A DNA stretch of 64,000 nucleotides, from positions 320,001-384,000 of the forward strand of contig CBDCJO010000001.1 in assembly GCA_965217865.1 (NCBI GenBank), given 5' to 3'. Below are positions 60,830 to 64,000 of this stretch, in pieces (position 1 is the first letter of the stretch; each line of letters starts with the position of its first letter). The DNA comes from Candidatus Latescibacterota bacterium. Its GTDB lineage: Bacteria > Latescibacterota > UBA2968 > SICM01. The notes under the pieces were generated by a model, which worked only from the letters and a program-made list of their open reading frames with translations, did not search any database and was not told the DNA's origin. Position numbers and translations under genes: made by a program.

Positions 60830-61834
60830 ATGCCTCAGGTCCTCGGTATTTTCACCACAGGACTATTATGGGTCTCCCTTTTCGCCCTTTTCTCTCACGG
60901 GACGGAAGCCCAGGATCAGCAGACCCCCATCGGTGAAAAATGGTGGCCTTCCCGATGGGGACCGAATGACGAGGCCGGGGCCTCCAACTGGATCACTCCG
61001 GCCAAAGTCCTGGAGGCGGCAAGACTGATCAAGACCGGCAAAATCTATGACATCGGTCGGATTTATGAAACCGGGATGCCTTTATTCGGGACCCGGCGAT
61101 ACACGTTCCGGATCCCGGGCACACCCACGGGCGGACCCTTTGGTACTAACCAATTGATCTATCACGACGAGTTTCTGGCCACTGAGATCGGGCAGGTCGG
61201 AACCCAGTTTGACGGACTGGGGCATATCGGGGTTCAGGTGGGGGAATCCGGGGACATGGATTGGATGGTTTACTACAACGGCTTCACCGAAACCCAGATG
61301 GCCGATTCCACAGGGCTGAAGAAACTTGGGATCGAAAAGTTGAAACCCATCTTTACGAGGGGCGTACTGATCGACGTGGCCGGTTATAAAGGAAGGATGC
61401 TGGAAATGGGGGAAGAGATCACCGTGGAGGACGTGCGGTCAACCCTCCACCACCAGGGGATATTTGGGGAATTCAAACCGGGGGACGCGATCTTTTTCAA
61501 CACGGGCTGGGGAAGCCTCTGGATGAAGGATAACGACCGGTTCAACAGCGGCACCCCGGGGATCGGGATGGCTGTCGCCAGGTGGATCATATCGATACAG
61601 GCCAGCGTGGTCGGTGCGGATACCTGGCCCGTTGAAGTCATGCCGAGTCCCGACCCCGATGCCTTCGCCCCGGTACACTGTGAACTGATCACGAAGCACG
61701 GGATCTTCCTTCACGAGAACCTGGATTTCACAGAGCTCATCAAGGACGGAGTCTTCGAATTCGTTTACGTGATGACCCCCCTCCGAATTAAGGGAGCAAC
61801 CGGTTCCCCTGGCAGGCCGATAGCGATCCGGTAA
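60830..61834 (+). CDS. Secreted cyclase family (kynurenine formamidase-like) protein
   Basis: GTQFDGLGH, TRGVLIDV and IKGATGSP; signal peptide. Confidence 0.9.
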   Translation: MPQVLGIFTTGLLWVSLFALFSHGTEAQDQQTPIGEKWWPSRWGPNDEAGASNWITPAKVLEAARLIKTGKIYDIGRIYETGMPLFGTRRYTFRIPGTPTGGPFGTNQLIYHDEFLATEIGQVGTQFDGLGHIGVQVGESGDMDWMVYYNGFTETQMADSTGLKKLGIEKLKPIFTRGVLIDVAGYKGRMLEMGEEITVEDVRSTLHHQGIFGEFKPGDAIFFNTGWGSLWMKDNDRFNSGTPGIGMAVARWIISIQASVVGADTWPVEVMPSPDPDAFAPVHCELITKHGIFLHENLDFTELIKDGVFEFVYVMTPLRIKGATGSPGRPIAIR

Positions 61835-61932
61835 GGCAATCACTTCGAGTCCCCTATGAACCCATCAGATCCGGATCGATCCATCTCTCCCTAAATCCGG
61901 AGTATTCTCCAATCATCTCATAGAGCATTGCG

Positions 61933-63513
61933 ATGCGTGCCGAGCTCAGGGACAGCCTGGAGTTTTTATACCGGGACTCCCAGGTTGGAAAGAGGCAACG
62001 ACCCCACGTGACGCTGGACGTGGCACGTGGCGGTACCATCAGCCTGCATATATTGTTGAACGGAACCGTCCCAGGCCGAACGCTCCGGACGCTGCTCCGC
62101 TGGAGGGGGCGTGTCCTGGACCAGGGGACCTGGTTCAGGCTTGTGGATGTACCTGTCGAGGCAAACACCGGTCTACGCGGATTCATCGAGAAGAAAGGCG
62201 AACCGAATCCATATGTCACAAGGCGAGCCCCATTCCGTGTATACGATGCTATGGAGCCGGTGGGATCTGTCATAAAGGTTTCAGGGGAGACAACCGCACT
62301 TCGGTTTCACCTGCCGATCCCGAAAGATGCGCGGGTCGGCCCCCGGGAATACACCCTCGAGGTTAAATCCGGTCTCGACCTGTTCACCTTTCCGTTCACG
62401 GTGAATATCTTCAAATCCATCATTCCCGCAACCGGTCGAAAAAGCTTTCCGAACACCAACTGGTATTCCCTGAGTCTTATGGCACAACGTCACGGCCTGA
62501 GACTCTGGAGCGCTCCCCACTGGCGGATGATTCGGAGATACGCTGACCTGCTCGTTAAGGCACGTCAGAATATGTTTATCTGTTCCCTGGGGGATATCAT
62601 CCGGGTCAGAGGGAAGATCCCGGTCTTGAATCATGAGCGTCTCCGCCGGATCGTAAAGACCTTCACGGATGCCGGAATGTACTACATCGAAGGGGGTCAC
62701 TTCGCCTCCCGCACAGGCGGTAAATGGCCGGCTACGACCTTCGACATCCATTATCCCGAGGTCCTTGCCACTTCCGCCCAGGGAAACGCCGCCCTCGCCC
62801 ACACGGCCGGCCAGTTGATGGACGAGATCGTTCGCAACGGATGGCGGGATCGATGGATACAGCACGTTGCCGATGAACCTTCAGAAGCCTGTGCCTCCAA
62901 TTTCAGGATCCTCGTCGGCATGGTCCGGAAATACATGCCCGGGATCCCCCTCCTCGACGCCACCCAGGACACCGGGCTTGTCGGGTCGGTGGACATCTGG
63001 TGCCCCCTGAATCGAGAATATCAGAAACACCGCAAAGAGTTCCACGCTCAGCGAACCGTGGGAGACCGGGTCTGGTTCTACACATGTTGCGGCCCTGGCG
63101 GACCGTGGCTCAATCGGCTGATGGATCAGGAGCTCCTGCGTCCCGCACTCTTCGGTTGGGGAGCCGCATTGTTCAACCTGGATGGCTTTCTCCACTGGGG
63201 CCTGAACCGCTATCGGCCGCATCAGAATCCGTTTGAGCAGAATGTGGTGGGACACTCGCACGGTAATTTCCTTCCCGCCGGCGACACGCACATCGTCTAT
63301 CCCGGAAAAGGCCGCCCCTGGTCAAGCCTCCGGTTTGAGGCGCAGAGAGAGGGTTTCGAAGATTACGAACTGCTCCGCGTGCTTCAGCGCCGGGCCCCGC
63401 GAACAGCGAGATCCGTCATTCGAAAGGCCATTCGCGGTTTCGATCGATACACCAAAAACGTTAAAACATTCCGCGCCGCGAGAAGTGCGGTTCTGCAGGC
63501 CCTGGAATCCTGA
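61933..63513 (+). CDS. DUF4091 (GH123-like) glycoside hydrolase
   Basis: DEP, VWFYTCC, GFLHWG, PAGD..IVYP and SSLRFEAQREGFEDYE. Confidence 0.85.
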   Translation: MRAELRDSLEFLYRDSQVGKRQRPHVTLDVARGGTISLHILLNGTVPGRTLRTLLRWRGRVLDQGTWFRLVDVPVEANTGLRGFIEKKGEPNPYVTRRAPFRVYDAMEPVGSVIKVSGETTALRFHLPIPKDARVGPREYTLEVKSGLDLFTFPFTVNIFKSIIPATGRKSFPNTNWYSLSLMAQRHGLRLWSAPHWRMIRRYADLLVKARQNMFICSLGDIIRVRGKIPVLNHERLRRIVKTFTDAGMYYIEGGHFASRTGGKWPATTFDIHYPEVLATSAQGNAALAHTAGQLMDEIVRNGWRDRWIQHVADEPSEACASNFRILVGMVRKYMPGIPLLDATQDTGLVGSVDIWCPLNREYQKHRKEFHAQRTVGDRVWFYTCCGPGGPWLNRLMDQELLRPALFGWGAALFNLDGFLHWGLNRYRPHQNPFEQNVVGHSHGNFLPAGDTHIVYPGKGRPWSSLRFEAQREGFEDYELLRVLQRRAPRTARSVIRKAIRGFDRYTKNVKTFRAARSAVLQALES

Positions 63514-63581
63514 CGAACCATCTTCCGGACGGAACTAACGGATCAACTTTTTCTGATCTGTGATTGATTGGGAGGCATCAC

Positions 63582-64000
63582 GTGACTGGGCTCCAAATCG
63601 AGATCAAACACTGGATCGGCGTGATTCTCTGCGGACTCCTCCTTCACCCTTCGGTCAGGGAATTCGCCTCCGGTCCTGCCGAGCGTAAAGCCCACTCCTT
63701 CCCAACGCCTTATTTCGGAGGTCTTGCGATCTATTTGGCCTTCGCCGCAGTCGTCATCCAGAATTTCTATTTTTCGATCGAATTGAAGGGGGTCGCCCTG
63801 GGCGGCACCATCATCTTCATCGTCGGCCTCGTTGATGACATTTGGAATATCTCCGCCCGTGTGAAGCTCCTGTCCCAGGTGATCGCCGTCGGAATACTCA
63901 TCAAATACAACGTCTACATTTCGTTCCTCCCGGACACCTGGTGGGGATATGTGGGGGAGTTGCTTCTCACCGGAATCTGGGTGATCGGCATCACCAACGC
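63582..64000 (+). CDS. MraY/WecA (glycosyltransferase family 4) polyprenyl-phosphate sugar transferase, truncated by the window end
   Basis: GTG after GGAGG; RKAH..PTPYFGGLAI, VGLVDD and WVIGITN. Not in the ORF track because it is open at the edge. Confidence 0.88.
   Translation, partial: MTGLQIEIKHWIGVILCGLLLHPSVREFASGPAERKAHSFPTPYFGGLAIYLAFAAVVIQNFYFSIELKGVALGGTIIFIVGLVDDIWNISARVKLLSQVIAVGILIKYNVYISFLPDTWWGYVGELLLTGIWVIGITN

Overview
Bacterial chromosomal window, roughly 55-60% GC by eye. A dockerin-like 'GDLDGNGTVDLDDF' protein, a FlgD-type C-terminal sorting domain and a PorV-like barrel suggest an FCB-group host such as Ca. Latescibacterota (inference only). Positions 1-11262 are the right part of an integrated phage-satellite-like element. 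It carries a P4-type tyrosine integrase, AlpA, a split CHC2/TOPRIM-helicase primase, a TerS-like HTH protein, mob-like remnants and a tRNA-Ser-like att remnant. Its cargo arm is an array of genes whose junctions share a GGTCGTTTG/GAGGGTCCGG motif. Housekeeping and metabolic genes follow: gltX, tRNA-Gln, a broken MetE-like gene, oxidoreductases and an IS200-type transposase. At 22.7-37.2 kb is a nine-gene minus-strand trans-envelope cluster (ExbB, ExbD, ECF sigma, TonB/anti-sigma-like, TPR, PEGA, FlgD-CTD cargo, PorV-like, TPR), the best candidate for an undescribed system. The rest holds an ABC-F protein, a response regulator, mdh, a CRTAC1/ASPIC protein, coaE, gcvT-PA-PB, sodC, dsbD and others. 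Intergenic DNA is crowded with several repeat families: transposase-derived MITEs, REP-like hairpins, heptamer and hexamer arrays, and 24-bp palindromes. No CRISPR array or rRNA was seen. All calls come from reading motifs by eye; no searches were run.
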